Made by a program: the position numbers and the translations under genes. From Bacteroidales bacterium (GTDB lineage: Bacteria > Bacteroidota > Bacteroidia > Bacteroidales > UBA12481): a stretch of DNA of 64,000 nucleotides. The notes beneath the pieces were generated by a model. It saw only the letters and a list, made by a program, of their open reading frames with translations, had not been told where the DNA came from and did not search any database. The stretch spans positions 115,821 through 179,820 of the forward strand of contig JBBAAF010000001.1 of assembly GCA_041658425.1 (NCBI GenBank), read 5' to 3'. This document shows, piece after piece, positions 19,970 through 28,936 of the stretch (position 1 is its first letter; each line of letters begins with the position of its first letter).

Positions 19970-22075
19970 CTACAATAAATCCACTCTTCCAAATACTTTT
20001 TGTAACACGGCGATGGCTATCTCACGGGGTACTTCATCATAATGAGATACTTCCATGGTTGAACTGGCTCGTCCGGAGGTTAATGTCCTGAGTACCGTTA
20101 CATATCCGAACTGTTCGGAAAGGGGTACTGTAGCTTTAACCACACGTCCGCCGGGTTTATTTTCCATCCCGGCAACTTGTCCACGCCTTTTGTTGAGATC
20201 GGCAATTACATCTCCCACAAATTCTTCCGGAGAAACAACTTCAAGGCTCATGATTGGTTCCAATAGAACCGGTTGCGATTTCTCACAACCTTCACGAAAA
20301 GCTTTTTGTGCTGCGATTTCGAAAGAAAGATCATCCGAATCAACGGGGTGAAAAGATCCACCGGTTAATGTCACTTTCAATCGATTTAATGGAAACCCGG
20401 CTAATACACCGCTGTTCATGGCATTTTTAAAGCCTCGTTCAACAGCTGCGATGTATGATTTGGGAAGTTCGTCCGGTTTTAATTCTGAAATAAATTCAAG
20501 ACCCTTCTGTGCGGTTTCAGGAGAAATCTTCACGTGTATGTCAGCAAAAAGATTCCGGCCTCCGGTGTCTTTTCTGAAAATGGTATGCATTTCAACTTCC
20601 TGCCGGATTGATTCTTTATAGGCTACCTGTGGAAGTCCGCGGTTAATTTCGAGTTTGAATTCCCTTTTGAGTCGGTCCAGTATAATTTCGAGATGCAATT
20701 CACCCATCCCGCTTAAAACTGTCTGACCAGATTCCTCATCAATTTTGACCCTAAAAGTTGGATCCTCCTCTACCAGTTTCTGAAGAGCATCAGTCAGTTT
20801 TGCCATATCATCCTGGGTTCTTGCCTCAACGGCCATACCAAGAACGGGTTCAGGAAAACTGATAGATTCGAGCAGGATTTTATGGTTTTCTTCACACAGA
20901 GTATCGCCGGTACTTATGTCTTTAAATCCGACGGCTGCACAAATATCACCTGCCTCTACCTGATCTCGCGGATTCTGCTTGTTTGCATGCATTTGATATA
21001 GTCGGGTAATCCTTTCTCTTTTTTCGGTACGCATGTTAAAAACAGTGGCTCCCGAATGGATTGTCCCGGAGTAAACCCTCAAGTAAGCCAAACGGCCAAC
21101 AAATGGGTCAGTAGCAATTTTAAAAGCGAGTGCTGCGAAAGGCGCGTTTGGATCAGAATCCCTGCTCACGGTTTGGTTAGTTACAGGATCTAAACCCTGA
21201 ACCGCTCCAACATCAAGTGGGCTAGGTAAGAAAGCAGCAATTGCATTAAGCAGAGGCTGCACGCCTTTATTTTTAAATGCTGATCCGCAAAGAACCGGAA
21301 TTAGAACCCTGTTAAGGGTTGCAGTCCGGATTGCAGCCAGCAGGTCATTGGCCTGGATGCTATCTTTATCTTCAAAAAACCTTTCCAGAAGCAGGTCATC
21401 GGTTTCACAAACTGATTCAATCAGCAAGTTTCGCCACTCTTCAGCCTGTTCCCGCATATCCGCCGGTATAGGAAGAATCTCAGGGTGTGATCCGAGAAAA
21501 TCTTCTTCCGGCCAAATAAGGGCTTCGTTTTGTATCAGGTCGATTACTCCGATAAACTTATCTTCTATCCCGATCGGAATTTGGATTGCAAGGGGTTTAG
21601 CCCCCAGTTTTTCCTTCATTTCATTCAGGACGCCAATAAAATCGGAGCCGGGTCTGTCCATCTTGTTAACAAAAGCGATTCGGGGAACCTTGTATTTATC
21701 AGCTTGATGCCAGACTGTTTCGGATTGTGGTTCTACCCCGCTAACACCGCAAAAAACGGCTATTGCTCCATCGAGCACGCGAAGAGATCTTTCCACTTCA
21801 ACCGTGAAATCAACATGGCCGGGCGTATCTATAATATTAAATTTGTAGTTCTGCCCGTCATATTTCCACCAGGTAGTAGTTGCGGCAGAGGTTATTGTAA
21901 TCCCCCGTTCCTGCTCCTGTATCATCCAGTCCATAGTTGCAGCACCGTCATGAACTTCTCCCATCCGGTGATTAATTCCGGTATAAAACAGAATGCGCTC
22001 GGTAGTAGTGGTTTTTCCCGCATCAATATGCGCCATTATACCGATGTTTCTGGTATAAGAGAGATCTAGTGCCAT
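19970..22075 (-). CDS. fusA: Canonical translation elongation factor G
   Basis: 701 aa with intact G motifs [21 protein letters not shown] and GSAFKNKG. It sits between rpsG and rpsJ. Confidence 0.95.
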   Translation of the reverse strand: MALDLSYTRNIGIMAHIDAGKTTTTERILFYTGINHRMGEVHDGAATMDWMIQEQERGITITSAATTTWWKYDGQNYKFNIIDTPGHVDFTVEVERSLRVLDGAIAVFCGVSGVEPQSETVWHQADKYKVPRIAFVNKMDRPGSDFIGVLNEMKEKLGAKPLAIQIPIGIEDKFIGVIDLIQNEALIWPEEDFLGSHPEILPIPADMREQAEEWRNLLIESVCETDDLLLERFFEDKDSIQANDLLAAIRTATLNRVLIPVLCGSAFKNKGVQPLLNAIAAFLPSPLDVGAVQGLDPVTNQTVSRDSDPNAPFAALAFKIATDPFVGRLAYLRVYSGTIHSGATVFNMRTEKRERITRLYQMHANKQNPRDQVEAGDICAAVGFKDISTGDTLCEENHKILLESISFPEPVLGMAVEARTQDDMAKLTDALQKLVEEDPTFRVKIDEESGQTVLSGMGELHLEIILDRLKREFKLEINRGLPQVAYKESIRQEVEMHTIFRKDTGGRNLFADIHVKISPETAQKGLEFISELKPDELPKSYIAAVERGFKNAMNSGVLAGFPLNRLKVTLTGGSFHPVDSDDLSFEIAAQKAFREGCEKSQPVLLEPIMSLEVVSPEEFVGDVIADLNKRRGQVAGMENKPGGRVVKATVPLSEQFGYVTVLRTLTSGRASSTMEVSHYDEVPREIAIAVLQKVFGRVDLL

Positions 22076-22103
22076 CCCAATGTGTCAAAGAACTTTGCTC
22101 CGG

Positions 22104-22580
22104 TTAAAACCGGAAATGCGCGAATGCCCGGTTTGCTTCAGCCATTCTGTGCGTATCTTCCTTTTTCTTGAAAGCTGCGCCTTCTTCGTTAAATGCAGCT
22201 ACAATTTCTGCAGCTAATTTCTCACTCATCGACCGGCCGGCACGTTTACGTGCAAAGGCGATCAGGTTCTTGTTTCCGATGGATATTTTTCGGTCGGGCC
22301 GAATTTCCATAGGAACCTGGAAGGTAGCGCCACCAACCCTGCGGCTTTTTACTTCCACTGCAGGAGTAATGTTTTCAAGTGCCTTCTTCCACACATCAAG
22401 AGCGGATAATCCGCTGTCCTGTGTTTTCTTTCCCACCAATTCCAAAGCATCGTAGAAATTGGCAAAAGCTATACTTTTCTTCCCGCTGTACATAAGGTCG
22501 TTTACAAAGCGGGTGACCCGGATATCACCAAATTTGGGATCCGGAAGTACTAAATTCTTTTTGGCTCTCGCTTTTCTCAT
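22104..22580 (-). CDS. rpsG: 30S ribosomal protein S7
   Basis: 158 aa starting [17 protein letters not shown]. Confidence 0.95.
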   Translation of the reverse strand: MRKARAKKNLVLPDPKFGDIRVTRFVNDLMYSGKKSIAFANFYDALELVGKKTQDSGLSALDVWKKALENITPAVEVKSRRVGGATFQVPMEIRPDRKISIGNKNLIAFARKRAGRSMSEKLAAEIVAAFNEEGAAFKKKEDTHRMAEANRAFAHFRF

Positions 22581-22605
22581 GGAAAAAATTGCTTACTGTA
22601 ACGGA

Positions 22606-22980
22606 CTATTTTTTAGGCCTTTTGGTACCGTATTTTGATCTTCTCTGTTTTCTGCCATCAACACCGGCAGCGTCTAATGTACCCCTTACCATATGGTAGC
22701 GAACACCCGGAAGATCTTTAACCCTTCCACCGCGTACCAGTACAATGGAGTGCTCCTGAAGATTATGACCTTCACCTGGTATATACACATTGACTTCCTT
22801 CTGGTTCGTCAATCGTACCCTGGCAACTTTCCGCATGGCAGAGTTTGGCTTCTTAGGTGTGGTAGTATAAACCCTGACACAAACTCCGCGGCGCTGAGGA
22901 CAAGAATCAAGAGCCGGAGCTTTGCTCTTATCATTCTTACTGATTCTACCTTTTCTTACTAATTGCTGTATCGTAGGCAT
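22606..22980 (-). CDS. rpsL: 30S ribosomal protein S12
   Basis: 124 aa starting [12 protein letters not shown], with [16 protein letters not shown]. Confidence 0.95.
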   Translation of the reverse strand: MPTIQQLVRKGRISKNDKSKAPALDSCPQRRGVCVRVYTTTPKKPNSAMRKVARVRLTNQKEVNVYIPGEGHNLQEHSIVLVRGGRVKDLPGVRYHMVRGTLDAAGVDGRKQRRSKYGTKRPKK

Positions 22981-23024
22981 TATGAGCTATTTTTTAACCC
23001 GATTGTTTTTAACAAAATGGTTCG

Positions 23025-23032
23025 CAAAGGTA
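23025..23032 (-). promoter_or_regulatory. Candidate Bacteroidota -7 promoter box for the ribosomal block
   Basis: The minus strand reads TACCTTTG, matching the TAnnTTTG consensus. It lies about 45 nt upstream of the rpsL ATG and downstream of the neighbouring gene's terminator. Confidence 0.5.
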
Positions 23033-23072
23033 AAAGTTTTTTTCAGAAAAACGAACGTCAATGCAAAATTTC

Positions 23073-23100
23073 AAAAAAAAAGTCCCGGATGACCGGGACT
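23073..23100 (-). terminator. Rho-independent terminator of the 23129..23599 gene
   Basis: 8-bp stem AGTCCCGG / CCGGGACT with a 4-nt loop. On the minus strand a run of 8-9 T follows. Confidence 0.75.
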
Positions 23101-23128
23101 GTATATCATTGACCTGATTGGATCCGGG

Positions 23129-23599
23129 TTACGGATACTTAACAATCAAAATGGTCTCCTCCGGATCGATCGGCGCACCGGTTGATTTGGTATCAATTGC
23201 CAGCGTTGATAAATTATTTAAGATCCGCCCTTCCCCACCCAGGACATGAACCTCCAGAGTGAATTCCTTGTGAATCTTAAAATGGCTCAAATCGATGGCA
23301 TACCATGAAACTCCTTGGATACTTAATAAACTTGTCAGATCATCAGTCTGCCCAATCGGTGCACCTTTCTGATCTAAAATCTCTGCATAGACAATATATT
23401 CTTTTTTAGGATTTAAACCTGCCAGTCCAAACGTTACACCATCCCAGTCTTTGTCTTTGTCAGAATTTATTACCTCTCCCTTGATAATTGTTATCGTAGA
23501 ACCACCAGAAAAATCATCCCCTGTGCATTGCGATCGAAATCCCATCGAAATCAAAGCAATGACTCCGATGAAGAGTATGGTTGTAATTTTCTTTTTCAT
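23129..23599 (-). CDS. Small secreted or lipoprotein-like protein, unknown function
   Basis: The tracked ORF extends to 23641. The likely start MKKKITTILFIGVIALISMGF (23599) gives a signal peptide. I recognise no domain. Confidence 0.6.
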   Translation of the reverse strand: MKKKITTILFIGVIALISMGFRSQCTGDDFSGGSTITIIKGEVINSDKDKDWDGVTFGLAGLNPKKEYIVYAEILDQKGAPIGQTDDLTSLLSIQGVSWYAIDLSHFKIHKEFTLEVHVLGGEGRILNNLSTLAIDTKSTGAPIDPEETILIVKYP

Positions 23600-23779
23600 A
23601 ATATTCCCTATTTCGATTAACCTTAACAGTACCTTTGCCAAGGGTTAATCCTGATTTGGGCGTAAAGGTAACCCTACTTTGTGGTTTTTTTTTTCAAAAC
23701 CCTTGATTTTTATAAAAAAATCATTTTCCTCCATAAAATGGACATTATATAATCCTAAAATGGGCATAGTATAATATTA

Positions 23780-23787
23780 TATATTTG
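23780..23787 (+). promoter_or_regulatory. Candidate -7 promoter box for the CHAT gene
   Basis: TATATTTG matches TAnnTTTG. It lies 20 nt upstream of the ATG at 23808. Confidence 0.45.
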
Positions 23788-23807
23788 TCATATAAAGTAA
23801 TCAAGGC

Positions 23808-26663
23808 ATGCAAAAGACACTGATTTGGCTGGTTTGTATCCTTATTAATATTATTGATGTCCATGGCCAGCCTATCCCCTTGAAAAAAAGCACAGGACCA
23901 GGTATTTTAGACACAAGTAAGCTGAGCAAACTGGTTTTTGAAGCAAAAAGAAAGGAAGCAGCTTCCTATCTATCCCAATATCTTAACAGTCAACGCAACC
24001 AGAATGGAAAGGAACTTACCGCATCCTGGCTGGATCTTGCCATATTATTGGCCTGGTCTGATAATATTATGGAAAGTCGTGCTGCCTATTCTCACTATGC
24101 CGGTTCTTCAGCCGGACAACCGGATAACCCTTTACTTAAAGCTAACCGGTTACTATACCAATCCTTATTTCTTTCCTCAACCGAATCCAGCAATCAGGCG
24201 GCTGATAGCCTGATTGCCTCCATTGCCAGCCGACCGGCCATCGGATCATTAAATCAGGCGATACAGGCCGATTCATATGGAGAATTGGCCAGATTGTACA
24301 AAAAAACAGGCGACTTGTTTGAATCGTCCAGAAACTTTGAACGGTCGATCAGTTTAAACCGAAAACTAGCCCGAACTGTAATCCTTGCCGATGATTTAGC
24401 CGATCTGAGTTCAGTATTATCGAACATTAATAGTGCTGACCGAAGAGCAGATTCCGTACTCTTTGAATCCCTGTCAATATATAAGAAGATTGATAGTTTG
24501 CCGGCAGTAGCTCAGGTTTTAAATGAACTGGGTGTTCTGTTCAACCGCCGCGGTGACTTTAGGGAATCTCTGAAATATTTTATGCAATCCCTCCAGGTAA
24601 AATCAAAAATACCTGGCCTGAGCAAGCAGGAGTTTATTGTGGTAATTAACAATATTGGGCATTGCTACAAATATCTGGGCAACACTGACAGTGCCCTTCT
24701 ATATTTCTCAAAAGCTGTTGATTACGCTATCCTGTCAGGCCGGAACCCTGCTCCATACTATGCCAACCTTGGTGCATATTATGGGGGAAAGGAAGAGTAC
24801 ACCCAAGCCATTGAGTATTTTCAGAGAGCCTTGATCGGTCTTGACCCAACCTGCTCCCTGACTGATCTTTCGACAAATCCCCGCATCAACAAAGTGACTC
24901 CTCAGCTCGCTGATTTCACTGCCTATAAAGCACACACCTACCACAAAAGGTATAATCAATTGCATAACCCTGACGACCTCGTCAATGGTCTGAAAACCTT
25001 CATGGTTGCTCTTGAAATGATGGATACACTCCGATTCATGTATTCATTTGAAAGCAAACCTTATCTATCCTCGGAAGCCAAGATCCATTTTTTCAATGCT
25101 CTCGACATGGCCCTGGACCTATATAAGCTGACGGGCGAAAAAAAATATCTGGAACAAGCGTTTCAGTTATCAGAACGTAACAAATCGGCGACTTTGAATG
25201 AATTCCTCAGAACTAACCAGGCCCGGGAATATATGGGAAATGTAGCTCCCTGGATAACCCTTGAAGACAGTATCAAACAGTTAATTAATAAGATTGAGTC
25301 GAGAATTATCAACATTCCTGCCGGAACAAATTCCCAGGCTGACAGTATTATTTCGATGCAAACCCGACTATCGGACCTTACCGATGAATTAAAAAACATC
25401 GGGATAAAGGCCAGAAGGGAGAATCCGGAGTATTTTAAAATGGTGTACTCCAACCATGGTTACCTACCTGAGGATATTCAGAAATTGATTAATCCGGGTG
25501 AAGCCCTGGTTGATTATACGGTGGTTCGGGACAATAAGCTAATACCGGATTATATGATCGTCATGGTTTTGACTCGTGATACCCTGTTTACATACCGCGA
25601 TACTTTGCCTAATAAGTTTAGGGAAGATCTTCGGGCTTTTCGTGCATCGATAACATCTTATGTTGATACGAGGGTTTTTCAGGAATTCAGCAGATTGGCA
25701 AACCTGATGTATCAATACTTTTTTGCACCAATTGAAAAGTTCAGTGAAATAAACAAGCTGATCATACTTCCGGATGAGGAGCTGGGATTTTTGCCTTTCG
25801 AAGTTTTCGTCTCTGATACCATTAAACCTAAGGGATCTGATTTCAGGAAATTAAGTTACCTCAACCGAAAATATCAGATATCCTACATTTCTTCTCATGA
25901 ACAATTTTATCAGTTCAGAAGCAATCCTATAAAAAGATCAAAATCAACGGTTTATGCCTTCGCACCCTTTGTCAGCAAAGGGGCCAAATTGGATACTCTC
26001 AATTTATTACCTCTCGAAAACTCAGGCAAGGAGATCAAGTTCATTTCCAAATACTTCAGAACCAGGATCTTTGAAAACGAACAAGCCGGAGAACAAACCT
26101 TGCGGCGCGCATTTCAGCGGGAGTCAGTAATATCCCTTTCAACACACGGCATCATGAATCCTGGCCATCCCATGCAATCAAGACTTATTTTAAATTCCTC
26201 TGAACCCGATGGCAGCCTCTACCTTTTTGAAATGATGTCGATTAAGATCAGATCCTCACTGGTCATATTAAATGCATGCAATACCGGAACCGGGAAATTA
26301 CAGGTTGGTGAAGGAATTATGAGTATGGCCAGAGGTTTTCAATTCGCTGGTGTACCCTCAGTGATTACAACTTTGTGGCCGATTGATGATCAATCCTCGG
26401 CAACCGTTATGAAGTTCTTTTTCCAGAACCTCCATGAAGGGATGGATCAGCGGGAGGCACTTATGAAGGCCCGAAACACCTTTATCGATCAAGCCACCAA
26501 GGCGACTGGTGCTCCCTATTTCTGGGCCGGGCAGGTTCTCATCGGCAATACCGGAAGCCTCTCAATCCATCACCGGATAAATCTCTTGTTAATAGTGATT
26601 TCATTAATTCTGGTTGCTTTACTCCTTACTTCCTTAATGGTATTTTATAAAAAGGTGCGGTAA
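23808..26663 (+). CDS. Secreted TPR-repeat CHAT-domain (caspase-like) protease with a C-terminal transmembrane anchor
   Basis: 951 aa. N-terminal signal-like segment LIWLVCILINIIDVHG, then a long TPR-like helical-repeat region. The CHAT His/Cys dyad contexts are LSTHGIMN and LVILNACNTGTG. The C-terminal hydrophobic helix is LLLIVISLILVALLLTSLMVF. Confidence 0.8.
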   Translation: MQKTLIWLVCILINIIDVHGQPIPLKKSTGPGILDTSKLSKLVFEAKRKEAASYLSQYLNSQRNQNGKELTASWLDLAILLAWSDNIMESRAAYSHYAGSSAGQPDNPLLKANRLLYQSLFLSSTESSNQAADSLIASIASRPAIGSLNQAIQADSYGELARLYKKTGDLFESSRNFERSISLNRKLARTVILADDLADLSSVLSNINSADRRADSVLFESLSIYKKIDSLPAVAQVLNELGVLFNRRGDFRESLKYFMQSLQVKSKIPGLSKQEFIVVINNIGHCYKYLGNTDSALLYFSKAVDYAILSGRNPAPYYANLGAYYGGKEEYTQAIEYFQRALIGLDPTCSLTDLSTNPRINKVTPQLADFTAYKAHTYHKRYNQLHNPDDLVNGLKTFMVALEMMDTLRFMYSFESKPYLSSEAKIHFFNALDMALDLYKLTGEKKYLEQAFQLSERNKSATLNEFLRTNQAREYMGNVAPWITLEDSIKQLINKIESRIINIPAGTNSQADSIISMQTRLSDLTDELKNIGIKARRENPEYFKMVYSNHGYLPEDIQKLINPGEALVDYTVVRDNKLIPDYMIVMVLTRDTLFTYRDTLPNKFREDLRAFRASITSYVDTRVFQEFSRLANLMYQYFFAPIEKFSEINKLIILPDEELGFLPFEVFVSDTIKPKGSDFRKLSYLNRKYQISYISSHEQFYQFRSNPIKRSKSTVYAFAPFVSKGAKLDTLNLLPLENSGKEIKFISKYFRTRIFENEQAGEQTLRRAFQRESVISLSTHGIMNPGHPMQSRLILNSSEPDGSLYLFEMMSIKIRSSLVILNACNTGTGKLQVGEGIMSMARGFQFAGVPSVITTLWPIDDQSSATVMKFFFQNLHEGMDQREALMKARNTFIDQATKATGAPYFWAGQVLIGNTGSLSIHHRINLLLIVISLILVALLLTSLMVFYKKVR

Positions 26664-26696
26664 TGATGCTGGCTCTTGAATGTAAAAAAAAAAACT

Positions 26697-26704
26697 TAGC
26701 TTTG
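26697..26704 (+). promoter_or_regulatory. Candidate -7 promoter box for the EF-G paralog
   Basis: TAGCTTTG matches TAnnTTTG. It lies about 58 nt upstream of the ATG at 26763. Confidence 0.4.
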
Positions 26705-26762
26705 CTGACCAAAATTTTAGCAAGCAAGTTTTCTCATCATTTTACCAGTAATTAAGGGAGTT

Positions 26763-28913
26763 ATGAAAGTTTACCAGACGAATCAGATACGGAACCTTGC
26801 ACTTCTGGGCAATTCGGGGTCAGGAAAAACAACCTTGGCCGAATCGCTATTGTTTGACGGAGGTGTGATCAGCCGGCGCGGGGATGTAGGCAGCAAAAAC
26901 ACAGTATCGGATTGCCAGGATATTGAACATGAACGTGGCAACTCGGTTTATGCAACAGTGCTGTACACTGAATACAAAGATTATAAAATCAATATCATTG
27001 ACACTCCTGGTGCTGATGATTTTGTTGGGGCTACAATCGCTGCCCTGAGCGCAGTGGATTTTGCACTGCTTCTCATCAATGCTCAGAATGGGGTTGAAAC
27101 AGGGACTGAATCATTAATGAGATATACCAGCAAGCATAAAAAGCCTGTTATTCTGGTTATGAATCAGCTGGATCATGAAAAGTCGCATTTCGATAAGGCT
27201 GTTGAGAGTGCTCGTGAGGCGTTCGGACAAAAGGTAGTTGTTGTTCAATATCCGATGAATGAGGGTGTCGGATTTGATACGGTTATTGATGTTATCCGGA
27301 AAAAAGCAATAAAATATCCGGTTGGCGGAGGCGCTCCGGTTGAAAGCGAAATTCCTGCAAGTGAAACCAAAAAGGCCGGGGATTATTTGGCACGTCTGGT
27401 CGAATTGGCCGCAGAAGCTGATGAAAACCTGATGGAAATATTCTTCGCAAATGATACGCTGACAGACGAAGAGTTGCGTGATGGGCTCAAAAAAGGTATC
27501 GCTGAACGCGGGATTTTTCCGGTTCTTTGTACATCGGCTAAAAATGTTCAGGGAACTCAGCACCTTTGTGATTTCGTTGTTAATTATGCTCCAACTCCGG
27601 ATCAGAGCGTATACAAATTCAAAAATGGCACTGAAATCAAGGTTGGCCAATCCGGACCAAATGTTGCATTTGTTTTTAAAACTTTTACCGAACAGCATCT
27701 GGGAGAGATCAACTTTTTTAAAGTTATATCCGGGAAACTTACTGAAAGCATTGATCTATTGAACCTTAACACAAACGCTAAGGAAAGGGTTTCTCAATTA
27801 TTTGCAGTTGCCGGAAAAGGACGTCAAAAGGTTGACACGATGTTTCCTGGTGATATCGGAGGTACGGTTAAACTTAAGGATACGAGGACTTTCACAACTT
27901 TGGCCGATAAAAGTGTTGATTCTCCAATAGTCCCGATTGAGATGCCGGAACCCAAATTTCGTGCTGCTATTAAAGCTAAAGAGGAGTCGGATGATGAAAA
28001 ATTGGGTGAAGCCCTTCACCGTCTCCACGAAGAAGATCCTTCACTTCGTGTTGAATATTCAAAAGAGCTCAAACAAATCATTTTACATGGCCAGGGTGAA
28101 TACCACCTGAATATTGTTAAATGGCTTCTTGATAATACCTTTAAGATTCCTACTGAATATCTTGCGCCAAAAATCCCATACCGGGAAACTATTACGAAAG
28201 TTGCCCAGGCTTCTTATCGTCATAAGAAGCAGTCGGGCGGATCCGGCCAATTTGGTGAGGTACATATGATTATTGAACCTCATGAAGAAGGGGTACCTGA
28301 AAAAACCAATTTTAAAGTTGAAGGCAAGGATATGCAGCTTTCGATCCGTGGCAAGGAAGAGATTCCTCTGGATTGGGGTGGTAAACTGATATTCTACAAC
28401 TGTATCGTTGGCGGTTCGATTGATGCTCGTTTTATGCCGGCCATTCAGAAGGGTCTGATGGAAAAACTCGAGAATGGTCCGCTTACCGGATCTTATGCCC
28501 GGGATATCCGGGTGTTTGTTTATGACGGTAAGATGCACACGGTTGATTCCAACGAAATTTCATTCCGGTTAGCCGGTGCAAAAGCTTTCGCTGAGGCCTT
28601 CCGCAAGGCTGGTCCGAAAATTCTGGAGCCGATTTATGACGTAGAAATTTTGGTTCCGGGTGACCGCATGGGTGATGTTATGAGTGACCTTCAGGGAAGG
28701 CGTGCCATGATTCAGGGCATGAATTCAGAGGGACGTTATGAACACCTTAGGGTAAGGGTTCCACTGGCTGAACTGAACAGGTATTCGACTACATTAAGTT
28801 CGCTCACCAATGGCCGGGCTACCTACACCATGAAATTCAGTGAATATGCTTTATGTCCGCCGGATGTTCAGGAAAAACTCCAGGCTGCCTATACAGCTGA
28901 CGACGACGAATAG
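26763..28913 (+). CDS. Divergent EF-G paralog (EF-G-II-like translational GTPase family member)
   Basis: 716 aa and collinear with EF-G domains I-V. The G motifs diverge: G1 GNSGSGKTT, G3 DTPGADDF (His replaced by Ala), G4 NQLD in place of NKMD. Confidence 0.85.
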   Translation: MKVYQTNQIRNLALLGNSGSGKTTLAESLLFDGGVISRRGDVGSKNTVSDCQDIEHERGNSVYATVLYTEYKDYKINIIDTPGADDFVGATIAALSAVDFALLLINAQNGVETGTESLMRYTSKHKKPVILVMNQLDHEKSHFDKAVESAREAFGQKVVVVQYPMNEGVGFDTVIDVIRKKAIKYPVGGGAPVESEIPASETKKAGDYLARLVELAAEADENLMEIFFANDTLTDEELRDGLKKGIAERGIFPVLCTSAKNVQGTQHLCDFVVNYAPTPDQSVYKFKNGTEIKVGQSGPNVAFVFKTFTEQHLGEINFFKVISGKLTESIDLLNLNTNAKERVSQLFAVAGKGRQKVDTMFPGDIGGTVKLKDTRTFTTLADKSVDSPIVPIEMPEPKFRAAIKAKEESDDEKLGEALHRLHEEDPSLRVEYSKELKQIILHGQGEYHLNIVKWLLDNTFKIPTEYLAPKIPYRETITKVAQASYRHKKQSGGSGQFGEVHMIIEPHEEGVPEKTNFKVEGKDMQLSIRGKEEIPLDWGGKLIFYNCIVGGSIDARFMPAIQKGLMEKLENGPLTGSYARDIRVFVYDGKMHTVDSNEISFRLAGAKAFAEAFRKAGPKILEPIYDVEILVPGDRMGDVMSDLQGRRAMIQGMNSEGRYEHLRVRVPLAELNRYSTTLSSLTNGRATYTMKFSEYALCPPDVQEKLQAAYTADDDE

Positions 28914-28936
28914 TCTGAATTAAAGACGTCTTTTTT

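Noticed and set aside
21530-22069. Long antisense ORFs inside strongly supported genes. Examples: 21530..22069 and 21348..21707 in fusA, 35498..36037 in dnaJ, 43555..44052 in ftsH, 27114..27698 and 28083..28538 in the EF-G paralog, 9777..10229 in secY, 51581..52099 in cydA, 62564..63070 in the transglutaminase gene.
   Set aside because: Each lies opposite a gene with clear family motifs. The translations are low complexity, with no recognisable domain or start context.
26664-26762. Imperfect hairpin GCTTTGCT...AGCAAGC between the CHAT and EF-G paralog genes as a terminator
   Set aside because: The stem is bulged, the loop is 12 nt and no T-run follows. It overlaps the candidate promoter box instead.
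28918-28936. Palindrome AAAGACGTCTTT plus T-run as a terminator of the EF-G paralog
   Set aside because: The stem has no loop, so it is a pure palindrome. This is too weak to call a terminator, although the T-run makes it possible.
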